64,000 nt of DNA from Auanema rhodensis (lineage: Eukaryota; Animalia; Nematoda), in contig OZ059898.1 in assembly GCA_964057225.1 (NCBI GenBank), forward strand, positions 2,356,001 to 2,420,000. The letters are read 5' to 3'. A model generated the notes under the pieces. The model was not told the origin of the DNA, ran no database searches, and was given only the letters and a program-made list of their open reading frames with translations. The translations under genes and the position numbers were made by a program. Shown here in pieces: positions 1-12,800 of this stretch; the first letter of the stretch is position 1, and the number at the start of each line of letters is the position of its first letter.

Positions 1-123
1 ATATAAGTTCACACTTATATCCTCGATTTTCACCCTGAAGAATTAATTTTTTCGTTGAATAACATTGTCCATCGTCTTTGCCTTGAAAAATGGAATCTAA
101 AAACATCTACTTTTTGCTAAATT

Positions 124-158
124 ATTTTGAAATTTTTCGAAAAAATTTTTGTCAAAAT
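124..158. repeat. Imperfect A/T-tract palindrome centred on TTTTTCGAAAAA
   Basis: Perfect 12-bp palindrome TTTTTCGAAAAA (133-144), overlapping AAAAATTTTT (141-150), flanked by ATTTTGA (124-130) and TCAAAAT (152-158). Confidence 0.8.
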
Positions 159-171
159 GTTTTTGGAAGCA

Positions 172-199
172 ATGTTGAGTGTACATGGAAACTCAACAT
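172..199. repeat. Intra-monomer 9-bp perfect inverted repeat with 10-bp spacer
   Basis: ATGTTGAGT (172-180), spacer GTACATGGAA, ACTCAACAT (191-199). Nearly invariant across the array. Confidence 0.9.
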
Positions 200-282
200 A
201 CACTAATGCATCATTTTTCAAACGATCATAACTAATTTTTGTATTAAGCGTTCTTCAATGTAGTATAGTGCATTCGATGCGG

Positions 283-333
283 ATTTTTAAGCTGCGTCGA
301 TCTGTGTTATCAGATTTGCGCTAGCTTAAAAAT
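283..333. repeat. Intra-monomer long imperfect inverted repeat (about 51-nt hairpin or cruciform), present in every monomer
   Basis: ATTTTTAAGCT (283-293) is the exact reverse complement of AGCTTAAAAAT (323-333). Inside it, GCG (294-296) pairs with CGC (319-321) and ATCTG (300-304) pairs with CAGAT (311-315), closing a TGTTAT loop. Confidence 0.9.
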
Positions 334-701
334 GCACCGAGATATCAACTGAGATAAGTTCACACTTATATCCTCGATTTTCACCCTGAAGAATTAATTT
401 TTTCGTTGAATAACATTGTCCATCGTCTTTGCCTTGAAAAATGGAATCTAAAAACATCTACTTTTTGCTAAATTATTTTGAAATTTTTCGAAAAAATTTT
501 TGTCAAAATGTTTTTGGAAGCAATGTTGAGTGTACATGGAAACTCAACATACACTAATGCATCATTTTTCAAACGATCATAACTAATTTTTGTATTAAGC
601 GTTTCTCAATGTAGTATAGTGCATTCGATGCGGATTTTTAAGCTGCGTCGATCTGTGTTATCAGATTTGCGCTAGCTTAAAAATGCACCGAGATATCAAC
701 T

Positions 702-723
702 GATATAAGTTCACACTTATATC
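702..723. repeat. 9-bp stem / 4-nt loop inverted repeat at the monomer junction
   Basis: GATATAAGT (702-710), loop TCAC, ACTTATATC (715-723). Present at most junctions. Confidence 0.88.
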
Positions 724-2808
724 CTCGATTTTCATCCTGAAGAAATAATTTTTTCGTTGAATAACATTGTCCATCGTCTTTGCCTTGAAAAAAGGAATCT
801 AAAAACATCTACTTTTTGCTAAATTATTTTGAAATTTTTCGAAAAAATTTTTGTCAAAATGTTTTTGGAAGCAATGTTGAGTGTACATGGAAACTCAACA
901 TACACTAATGCATCATTTTTCAAACGATCATAACTAATTTTTGTATCAAGTGTTTCTCAATGTAGTATAGTGCATTCGATGCGGATTTTTAAGCTGCGTC
1001 GATCTGTGTTATCAGATTTGCGCTAGCTTAAAAATGCACCGAGATATCAACTGATATAAGTTTACACATATATACCCGATTTTCACCCTGAAGAATTAAT
1101 TTTTTCGTTGAATAACATTGTCCATCGTCTTTGCCTTGGAAAAAGGAATCTAAAAACATCTACTTTTTGCTAAATTATTTTGAAATTTTTCGAAAAAAAT
1201 TTTGTCAAAATGTTTTTGGAAGCAATGTTGAGTGTACATGGAAACTCAACATACACTAATGCATCATTTTTCAAACGATCATAACTAATTTTTGTATTAA
1301 GCGTTTCTCAATGTAGTATAGTGCATTCGATGCGGATTTTTAAGCTGCGTCGATCTGTGTTATCAGATTTGCGCTAGCTTAAAAATGCACCGAGATATCA
1401 ACTGATATAAGTTCACACTTATATCCTCGATTTTCACCCTGAAGAAATAATTTTTTCGTTGAATAACATTGTCCATCGTCTTTGCCTTGAAAAAAGGAAT
1501 CTAAAAACATCTACTTTTTGCTAAATTATTTTGAAATTTTTCGAAAAAATTTTTGTCAAAATGTTTTTGGAAGCAATGTTGAGTGTACATGGAAACTCAA
1601 CATACACTAATGCATCATTTTTCAAACGATCATAACTAATTTTTGTATCAAGTGTTTCTCAATGTAGTATAGTGCATTCGATGCGGATTTTTAAGCTGCG
1701 TCGATCTGTGTTATCAGATTTGCGCTAGCTTAAAAATGCACCGAGATATCAACTGATATAAGTTCACACATATATACCCGATTTTCACCCTGAAGAATTA
1801 ATTTTTTCGTTGAATAACATTGTCCATCGTCTTTGCCTTGAAAAAAGGAATCTAAAAACATCTACTTTTTGCTAAATTATTTTGAAATTTTTCGAAAAAA
1901 GTTTTGTCAAAATGTTTTTGGAAGCAATGTTGAGTGTACATGAAAACTCAACATACACTAATGCATCATTTTTCAAACGATCATAACTAATTTTTGTATT
2001 AAGCGTTTCTCAATGTAGTATAGTGCATTCGATGCGGATTTTTAAGCTGCGTCGATCTGTGTTATCAGATTTGCGCTAGCTTAAAAATGCACCGAGATAT
2101 CAACTGATATAAGTTCACACTTATATCCTCGATTTTCACCCTGAAGAAATAATTTTTTCGTTGAATAACATTGTCCATCGTCTTTGCCTTGAAAAAAGGA
2201 ATCTAAAAACATCTACTTTTTGCTAAATTATTTTGAAATTTTTCGAAAAAATTTTTGTCAAAATGTTTTTGGAAGCAATGTTGAGTGTACATGGAAACTC
2301 AACATACACTAATGCATCATTTTTCAAACGATCATAACTAATTTTTGTATCAAGTGTTTCTCAATGTAGTATAGTGCATTCGATGCGGATTTTTAAGCTG
2401 CGTCGATCTGTGTTATCAGATTTGCGCTAGCTTAAAAATGCACCGAGATATCAACTGATATAAGTTCACACATATATACCCGATTTTCACCCTGAAGAAT
2501 TAATTTTTTCGTTGAATAACATTGTCCATCGTCTTTGCCTTGAAAAAAGGAATCTAAAAACATCTACTTTTTGCTAAATTATTTTGAAATTTTTCGAAAA
2601 AAGTTTTGTCAAAATGTTTTTGGAAGCAATGTTGAGTGTACATGAAAACTCAACATACACTAATGCATCATTTTTCAAACGATCATAACTAATTTTTGTA
2701 TTAAGCGTTTCTCAATGTAGTATAGTGCATTCGATGCGGATTTTTAAGCTGCGTCGATCTGTGTTATCAGATTTGCGCTAGCTTAAAAATGCACCGAGAT
2801 ATCAACTG
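703..2808 (+). repeat. Local dimeric higher-order repeat (702 bp x3)
   Basis: Monomers carrying GAAATAAT + TATCAAGTG (703, 1405, 2107) alternate with monomers carrying CACATATATACCCG (1054, 1756, 2458). Confidence 0.85.
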
Positions 2809-5800
2809 ATATAAGTTCACACTTATATCCTCGATTTTCACCCTGAAGAATTAATTTTTTCGTTGAATAACATTGTCTATCGTCTTTGCCTTGAAAAATG
2901 GAAACTAAAAACATCTACTTTTTGCTAAATTATTTTGAAATTTTTCGAAAAAATTTTTGTCAAAATGTTTTTGGAAGCAATGTTGAGTGTACATGGAAAC
3001 TCAACATACACTAATGCATCATTTTTCAAACGATCATAACTAATTTTTGTATTAAGCGTTTCTCAATGTAGTATAGTGCATTCGATGCGGATTTTTAAGC
3101 TGCGTCGATCTGTGTTATCAGATTTGCGCTAGCTGAAAAATGCACCGAGATATCAACTGATATAAGTTCACACTTATATCTTCGATTTTCACCATGAAGA
3201 ATTAATTTTTTCGTTGAATAACATTGTCTATCGTCTTTGCCTTGAAAAATGGAATCTAAAAACATCTACTTTTTGCTAAATTATTTTGAAATTTTTCGAA
3301 AAAATTTTTGTCAAAATGTTTTTGGAAGCAATGTTGAGTGTACATGGAAACTCAACATACACTAATGCATCATTTTTCAAACGATCATAACTAATTTTTG
3401 TATTAAGCGTTTCTCAATGTAGTATAGTGCATTCGATGCGGATTTTTAAGCTGCGTCGATCTGTGTTATCAGATTTGCGCTAGCTTAAAAATGCACCGAG
3501 ATATCAACTGATATAAGTTCACACTTATATCCTCGATTTTCACCCTGAAGAAATAATTTTTTCGTTGAATAAAATTGTCCATCGTCTTTGCCTTGAAAAA
3601 AGGAATCTAAAAACATCTACTTTTTGCTAAATTATTTTGAAATTTTTCGAAAAAATTTTTGTCAAAATGTTTTTGGAAGCAATGTTGAGTGTACATGGAA
3701 ACTCAACATACACTAATGCATCATTTTTCAAACGATCATAACTAATTTTTGTATTAAGCGTTTCTCAATGTAGTATAGTGCATTCGATGCGGATTTTTAA
3801 GCTGCGTCGATCTGTGTTATTAGATTTGCGCTAGCTTAAAAATGCACCGAGATATCAACTGATATAAGTTCACACTTATATCCTCGATTTTCACCCTGAA
3901 GAATTAATTTTTTCGTTGAATAACATTGTCCATCGTCTTTGCCTTAAAAAATGGAATCTAAAAACATCTACTTTTTGCTAAATTATTTTGAAATTTTTCG
4001 AAAAAATTTTTGTCAAAATGTTTTTGGAAGCAATGTTGAGTGTACATGGAAACTCAACATACACTAATGCATCATTTTTCAAACGATCATAACTAATTTT
4101 TGTATCAAGCGTTTCTTAATGTAGTATAGTGCATTCGATCCGGATTTTTAAGCTGCGTCGATCTGTGTTATCAGATTTGCGCTAGCTTAAAAATGCACCG
4201 AGATATCAACTGATATAAGTTCACACTTATATCCTCGATTTTCACCCTGAAGAATTAATTTTTTCGTTGAATAACATTGTCCATCGTTTTTGCCTTGAAA
4301 AATGGAATCTAAAAACATCTACTTTTTGCTAAATTATTTTGAAATTTTTCGAAAAAATTTTTGTCAAAATGTTTTTGGAAGCAATGTTGAGTGTACATGG
4401 AAACTCAACATACACTAATGCATCATTTTTCAAACGATCATAACTAATTTTTGTATCAAGCGTTTCTTAATGTAGTATAGTGCATTCGATGCGGATTTTT
4501 AAGCTGCGTCGATCTGTGTTATCAGATTTGCGCTAGCTTAAAAATGCACCGAGATATCAACTGATATAAGTTCACACTTATATCCTCGATTTTCACCCTG
4601 AAGAATTAATTTTTTCGTTGAATAACATTGTCCATCGTCTTTGCCTTAAAAAATGGAATCTAAAAACATCTACTTTTTGCTAAATTATTTTGAAATTTTT
4701 CGAAAAAATTTTTGTCAAAATGTTTTTGGAAGCAATGTTGAGTGTACATGGAAACTCAACATACACTAATGCATCATTTTTCAAACGATCATAACTAATT
4801 TTTGTATCAAGCGTTTCTTAATGTAGTATAGTGCATTCGATCCGGATTTTTAAGCTGCGTCGATCTGTGTTATCAGATTTGCGCTAGCTTAAAAATGCAC
4901 CGAGATATCAACTGATATAAGTTCACACTTATATCCTCGATTTTCACCCTGAAGAATTAATTTTTTCGTTGAATAACATTGTCCATCGTCTTTGCCTTGA
5001 AAAATGGAATCTAAAAACATCTACTTTTTGCTAAATTATTTCGAAATTTTTCGAAAAAATTTTTGTCAAAATGTTTTTGGAAGCAATGTTGAGTGTACAT
5101 GGAAACTCAACATACACTAATGCATCATTTTTCAAACGATCATAACTAATTTTTGTATCAAGCGTTTCTTAATGTAGTATAGTGCATTCGATCCGGATTT
5201 TTAAGCTGCGTCGATCTGTGTTATCAGATTTGCGCTAGCTTAAAAATGCACCGAGATATCAACTGATATAAGTTCACACTTATATCCTCGATTTTCACCC
5301 TGAAAAATTAATTTTTTCGTTGAATAACATTGTCCATCGTCTTTGCCTTGAAAAATGGAATCTAAAAACATCTACTTTTTGCTAAATTATTTTGAAATTT
5401 TTCGAAAAAATTTTTGTCAAAATGTTTTTGGAAGCAATGTTGAGTGTACATGGAAACTCAACATACACTAATGCATCATTTTTCAAACGATCATAACTTA
5501 TTTTTGTAACAAGCGTTTCTTAATGTAGTATAGTGCATTCGATGCGGATTTTTAAGCTGCGTCGATCTGTGTTATCAGATTTGCGCTAGCTTAAAAATGC
5601 ACCGAGATATCAACTGATATAAGTTCACACTTATATCCTCGATTTTCACCCTGAAGAATTAATTTTTTCGTTGAATAACATTGTCCATCGTCTTTGCCTT
5701 GAAAAAAGGAATCTAAAAACATCTACTTTTTGCTAAATTATTTTGAAATTTTTCGAAAAAATTTTTGTCAAAATGTTTTTGGAAGCAATGTTGAGTGTAC

Positions 5801-6669
5801 ATGGAAACTCAACATACACTAATGCATCATTTTTCAAACGATCATAACTAATTTTTGTATTAAGCGTTCTTCAATGTAGTATAGTGCATTCGATGCGGAT
5901 TTTTAAGCTGCGTCGATCTGTGTTATCAGATTTGCGCTAGCTTAAAAATGCACCGAGATATCAACTGATATAAGTTCACACTTATATCCTCGATTTTCAC
6001 CCTGAAGAATTAATTTTTTCGTTGAATAACATTGTCCATCGTCTTTGCCTTGAAAAAAGGAATCTAAAAACATCTACTTTTTGCTAAATTATTTTGAAAT
6101 TTTTCGAAAAAATTTTTGTCAAAATGTTTTTGGAAGCAATGTTGAGTGTACATGGAAACTCAACATACACTAATGCATCATTTTTCAAACAATCATAACT
6201 AATTTTTGTATTAAGCGTTCTTCAATGTAGTATAGTGCATTCGATGCGGATTTTTAAGCTGCGTCGATCTGTGTTATCAGATTTGCGCTAGCTTAAAAAT
6301 GCACCGAGATATCAACTGATATAAGTTCACACTTATATCCTCGATTTTCACCCTGAAGAATTAATTTTTTCGTTGAATAACATTGTCCATCGTCTTTGCC
6401 TTGAAAAATGGAATCTAAAAACATCTACTTTTTGCTAAATTATTTTGAAATTTTTCGAAAAAATTTTTGTCAAAATGTTTTTGGAAGCAATGTTGAGTGT
6501 ACATGGAAACTCAACATACACTAATGCATCATTTTTCAAACGATCATAACTAATTTTTGTATTAAGCGTTCTTCAATGTAGTATAGTGCATTCGATGCGG
6601 ATTTTTAAGCTGCGTCGATCTGTGTTATCAGATTTGCGCTAGCTTAAAAATGCACCGAGATATCAACTG

Positions 6670-8775
6670 AGATAAGTTCACACTTATATCCTCGATTTTC
6701 ACCCTGAAGAATTAATTTTTTCGTTGAATAACATTGTCCATCGTCTTTGCCTTGAAAAATGGAATCTAAAAACATCTACTTTTTGCTAAATTATTTTGAA
6801 ATTTTTCGAAAAAATTTTTGTCAAAATGTTTTTGGAAGCAATGTTGAGTGTACATGGAAACTCAACATACACTAATGCATCATTTTTCAAACGATCATAA
6901 CTAATTTTTGTATCAAGCGTTTCTTAATGTAGTATAGTGCATTCGATCCGGATTTTTAAGCTGCGTCGATCTGTGTTATCAGATTTGCGCTAGCTTAAAA
7001 ATGCACCGAGATATCAACTGATATAAGTTCACACTTATATCCTCGATTTTCACCCTGAAGAATTAATTTTTTCGTTGAATAACATTGTCCATCGTCTTTG
7101 CCTTGAAAAATGGAATCTAAAAACATCTACTTTTTGCTAAATTATTTTGAAATTTTTCGAAAAAATTTTTGTCAAAATGTTTTTGGAAGCAATGTTGAGT
7201 GTACATGGAAACTCAACATACACTAATGCATCATTTTTCAAACGATCATTACTAATTTTTGTATTAAGCGTTTCTCAATGTAGTATAGTGCATTCGATGC
7301 GGATTTTTAAGCTGCGTCGATCTGTGTTATCAGATTTGCGCTAGCTTAAAAATGCACCGAGATATCAACTGATATAAGTTCACACTTATATCCTCGATTT
7401 TCACCCTGAAGAATTAATTTTTTCGTTGAATAACATTGTCCATCGTCTTTGCCTTGAAAAAAGGAATCTAAAAACATCTACTTTTTGCTAAATTATTTTG
7501 AAATTTTTCGAAAAAATTTTTGTCAAAATGTTTTTGGAAGCAATGTTGAGTGTACATGGAAACTCAACATACACTAATGCATCATTTTTCAAACAATCAT
7601 AACTAATTTTTGTATTAAGCGTTCTTCAATGTAGTATAGTGCATTCGATGCGGATTTTTAAGCTGCGTCGATCTGTGTTATCAGATTTGCGCTAGCTTAA
7701 AAATGCACCGAGATATCAACTGATATAAGTTCACACTTATATCCTCGATTTTCACCCTGAAGAATTAATTTTTTCGTTGAATAACATTGTCCATCGTCTT
7801 TGCCTTGAAAAATGGAATCTAAAAACATCTACTTTTTGCTAAATTATTTTGAAATTTTTCGAAAAAATTTTTGTCAAAATGTTTTTGGAAGCAATGTTGA
7901 GTGTACATGGAAACTCAACATACACTAATGCATCATTTTTCAAACGATCATAACTAATTTTTGTATCAAGCGTTTCTTAATGTAGTATAGTGCATTCGAT
8001 CCGGATTTTTAAGCTGCGTCGATCTGTGTTATCAGATTTGCGCTAGCTTAAAAATGCACCGAGATATCAACTGATATAAGTTCACACTTATATCCTCGAT
8101 TTTCACCCTGAAGAATTAATTTTTTCGTTGAATAACATTGTCCATCGTCTTTGCCTTGAAAAATGGAATCTAAAAACATCTACTTTTTGCTAAATTATTT
8201 TGAAATTTTTCGAAAAAATTTTTGTCAAAATGTTTTTGGAAGCAATGTTGAGTGTACATGGAAACTCAACATACACTAATGCATCATTTTTCAAACGATC
8301 ATTACTAATTTTTGTATTAAGCGTTTCTCAATGTAGTATAGTGCATTCGATGCGGATTTTTAAGCTGCGTCGATCTGTGTTATCAGATTTGCGCTAGCTT
8401 AAAAATGCACCGAGATATCAACTGATATAAGTTCACACTTATATCCTCGATTTTCACCCTGAAGAATTAATTTTTTCGTTGAATAACATTGTCCATCGTC
8501 TTTGCCTTGAAAAAAGGAATCTAAAAACATCTACTTTTTGCTAAATTATTTTGAAATTTTTCGAAAAAATTTTTGTCAAAATGTTTTTGGAAGCAATGTT
8601 GAGTGTACATGGAAACTCAACATACACTAATGCATCATTTTTCAAACAATCATAACTAATTTTTGTATTAAGCGTTCTTCAATGTAGTATAGTGCATTCG
8701 ATGCGGATTTTTAAGCTGCGTCGATCTGTGTTATCAGATTTGCGCTAGCTTAAAAATGCACCGAGATATCAACTG
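6670..8775 (+). repeat. Local trimeric higher-order repeat (1053 bp x2)
   Basis: The order [GATCCGG monomer][GATCATTAC monomer][AACAATC + TTCTTC monomer] occurs twice. The ORF-track hits at 7147 and 8200 are 1053 bp apart. Confidence 0.8.
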
Positions 8776-9828
8776 ATATAAGTTCACACTTATATCCTCG
8801 ATTTTCACCCTGAAGAATTAATTTTTTCGTTGAATAACATTGTCCATCGTCTTTGCCTTGAAAAATGAAATCTAAAAACATCTACTTTTTGCTAAATTAT
8901 TTTGAAATTTTTCGAAAAAATTTTTGTCAAAATGTTTTTGGAAGCAATGTTGAGTGTACATGGAAACTCAACATACACTAATGCATCATTTTTCAAACGA
9001 TCATAACTAATTTTTGTATTAAGCGTTCTTCAATGTAGTATAGTGCATTCGATGCGGATTTTTAAGCTGCGTCGATCTGTGTTATCAGATTTGCGCTAGC
9101 TTAAAAATGCACCGAGATATCAACTGATATAAGTTCACACTTATATCCTCGATTTTCACCCTGAAGAATTAATTTTTTCGTTGAATAACATTGTCCATCG
9201 TCTTTGCCTTGAAAAAAGGAATCTAAAAACATCTACTTTTTGCTAAATTATTTTGAAATTTTTCGAAAAAATTTTTGTCAAAATGTTTTTGGAAGCAATG
9301 TTGAGTGTACATGGAAACTCAACATACACTAATGCATCATTTTTCAAACGATCATAACTAATTTTTGTATTAAGCGTTCTTCAATGTAGTATAGTGCATT
9401 CGATGCGGATTTTTAAGCTGCGTCGATCTGTGTTATCAGATTTGCGCTAGCTTAAAAATGCACCGAGATATCAACTGATATAAGTTCACACTTATATCCT
9501 CGATTTTCACCCTGAAGAATTAATTTTTTCGTTGAATAACATTGTCCATCGTCTTTGCCTTGAAAAATGGAATCTAAAAACATCTACTTTTTGCTAAATT
9601 ATTTTGAAATTTTTCGAAAAAATTTTTGTCAAAATGTTTTTGGAAGCAATGTTGAGTGTACATGGAAACTCAACATACACTAATGCATCATTTTTCAAAC
9701 GATCATAACTAATTTTTGTATTAAGCGTTTCTCAATGTAGTATAGTGCATTCGATGCGGATTTTTAAGCTGCGTCGATCTGTGTTATCAGATTTGCGCTA
9801 GCTTAAAAATGCACCGAGATATCAACTG

Positions 9829-12800
9829 ATATAAGTTCACACTTATATCCTCGATTTTCACCCTGAAGAATTAATTTTTTCGTTGAATAACATTGTCCAT
9901 CGTCTTTGCCTTGAAAAATGGAATCTAAAAACATCTACTTTTTGCTAAATTATTTTGAAATTTTTCGAAAAAATTTTTGTCAAAATGTTTTTGGAAGCAA
10001 TGTTGAGTGTACATGGAAACTCAACATACACTAATGCATCATTTTTCAAACGATCATAACTAATTTTTGTATTAAGCGTTCTTCAATGTAGTATAGTGCA
10101 TTCGATGCGGATTTTTAAGCTGCGTCGATCTGTGTTATCAGATTAGCGCTAGCTTAAAAATGCACCGAGATATCAACTGATATAAGTTCACACTTATATC
10201 CTCGATTTTCACCCTGAAGAATTAATTTTTTCGTTGAATAACATTGTCCATCGTCTTTGCCTTGAAAAAAGGAATCTAAAAACATCTACTTTTTGCTAAA
10301 TTATTTTGAAATTTTTCGAAAAAATTTTTGTCAAAGTGTTTTTGGAAGCAATGTTGAGTGTACATGGAAACTCAACATACACTAATGCATCATTTTTCAA
10401 ACGATCATAACTAATTTTTGTATCAAGCGTTTCTTAATGTAGTATAGTGCATTCGATCCGGATTTTTAAGCTGCGTCGATCTGTGTTATCAGATTTGCGC
10501 TAGCTTAAAAATGCACCGAGATATCAACTGAGATAAGTTCACACTTATATCCTCGATTTTCACCCTGAAGAATTAATTTTTTCGTTGAATAACATTGTCC
10601 ATCGTCTTTGCCTTGAAAAATGGAATCTAAAAACATCTACTTTTTGCTAAATTATTTTGAAATTTTTCGAAAAAATTTTTGTCAAAATGTTTTTGGAAGC
10701 AATGTTGAGTGTACATGGAAACTCAACATACACTAATGCATCATTTTTCAAACGATCATAACTAATTTTTGTATCAAGCGTTTCTTAATGTAGTATAGTG
10801 CATTCGATCCGGATTTTTAAGCTGCGTCGATCTGTGTTATCAGATTTGCGCTAGCTTAAAAATGCACCGAGATATCAACTGATATAAGTTCACACTTATA
10901 TCCTCGATTTTCACCCTGAAGAATTAATTTTTTCGTTGAATAACATTGTCCATCGTCTTTGCCTTGAAAAATGGAATCTAAAAACATCTACTTTTTGCTA
11001 AATTATTTTGAAATTTTTCGAAAAACTTTTTGTCAAAATGTTTTTGGAAGCAATGTTGAGTGTACATGGAAACTCAACATACACTAATGCATCATTTTTC
11101 AAACGATCATTACTAATTTTTGTATTAAGCGTTTCTCAATGTAGTATAGTGCATTCGATGCGGATTTTTAAGCTGCGTCGATCTGTGTTATCAGATTTGC
11201 GCTAGCTTAAAAATGCACCGAGATATCAACTGATATAAGTTCACACTTATATCCTCGATTTTCACCCTGAAGAATTAATTTTTTCGTTGAATAACATTGT
11301 CCATCGTCTTTGCCTTGAAAAATGGAATCTAAAAACATCTACTTTTTGCTAAATTATTTTGAAATTTTTCGAAAAAATTTTTGTCAAAATGTTTTTGGAA
11401 GCAATGTTGAGTGTACATGGAAACTCAACATACACTAATGCATCATTTTTCAAACGATCATAACTAATTTTTGTATTAAGCGTTTCTCAATGTAGTATAG
11501 TGCATTCGATGCGGATTTTTAAGCTGCGTCGATCTGTGTTATCAGATTTGCGCTAGCTTAAAAATGCACCGAGATATCAACTGATATAAGTTCACACTTA
11601 TATCCTCGATTTTCACCCTGAAGAATTAATTTTTTCGTTGAATAACATTGTCCATCGTCTTTGCCTTGAAAAATGGAATCTAAAAACATCTACTTTTTGC
11701 TAAATTATTTTGAAATTTTTCGAAAAAATTTTTGTCAAAATGTTTTTGGAAGCAATGTTGAGTGTACATGGAAACTCAACATACACTAATGCATCATTTT
11801 TCAAACGATCATAACTAATTTTTGTATTAAGCGTTCTTCAATGTAGTATAGTGCATTCGATGCGGATTTTTAAGCTGCGTCGATCTGTGTTATCAGATTA
11901 GCGCTAGCTTAAAAAGGCACCGAGATATCAACTGATATAAGTTCACACTTATATCCTCGATTTTCACCCTGAAGAATTAATTTTTTCGTTGAATAACATT
12001 GTCCATCGTCTTTGCCTTGAAAAAAGGAATCTAAAAACATCTACTTTTTGCTAAATTATTTTGAAATTTTTCGAAAAAATTTTTGTCAAAGTGTTTTTGG
12101 AAGCAATGTTGAGTGTACATGGAAACTCAACATACACTAATGCATCATTTTTCAAACGATCATAACTAATTTTTGTATCAAGCGTTTCTTAATGTAGTAT
12201 AGTGCATTCGATCCGGATTTTTAAGCTGCGTCGATCTGTGTTATCAGATTTGCGCTAGCTTAAAAATGCACCGAGATATCAACTGAGATAAGTTCACACT
12301 TATATCCTCGATTTTCACCCTGAAGAATTAATTTTTTCGTTGAATAACATTGTCCATCGTCTTTGCCTTGAAAAATGGAATCTAAAAACATCTACTTTTT
12401 GCTAAATTATTTTGAAATTTTTCGAAAAAATTTTTGTCAAAATGTTTTTGGAAGCAATGTTGAGTGTACATGGAAACTCAACATACACTAATGCATCATT
12501 TTTCAAACGATCATAACTAATTTTTGTATCAAGCGTTTCTTAATGTAGTATAGTGCATTCGATCCGGATTTTTAAGCTGCGTCGATCTGTGTTATCAGAT
12601 TTGCGCTAGCTTAAAAATGCACCGAGATATCAACTGATATAAGTTCACACTTATATCCTCGATTTTCACCCTGAAGAATTAATTTTTTCGTTGAATAACA
12701 TTGTCCATCGTCTTTGCCTTGAAAAATGGAATCTAAAAACATCTACTTTTTGCTAAATTATTTTGAAATTTTTCGAAAAACTTTTTGTCAAAATGTTTTT

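Larger units (their letters stand above)
1..351 (+). repeat. Representative satellite monomer (351 bp, about 31% GC, many A/T tracts)
   Basis: 110 G+C in 351 bases by manual count. A4-6/T4-6 runs are dense at pos 86-164. The monomer boundary is arbitrary. Confidence 0.97.

Noticed and set aside
50-66. CENP-B box-like motif TTTCGTTGAATAACATT
   Set aside because: It matches only the TTCG....A half of NTTCGNNNNANNCGGGN. The essential CGGG is absent.
1-351. Tandem 5S rRNA, tRNA, snRNA or spliced-leader gene unit
   Set aside because: I found no recognisable 5S, tRNA cloverleaf, Pol III A/B box or SL/Sm motif. An Infernal/Rfam scan would be the formal test.
1-351. Identity with the Drosophila 1.688 (353-361 bp) family or beetle ~350-bp satellites
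   Set aside because: Only length and AT-richness are similar. I cannot see sequence identity, so no family is assigned.
1-351. Monomer as an ancient dimer (2x~175) or trimer (3x117)
   Set aside because: No convincing internal direct similarity between sub-segments was visible by eye. A self-dotplot would be needed.
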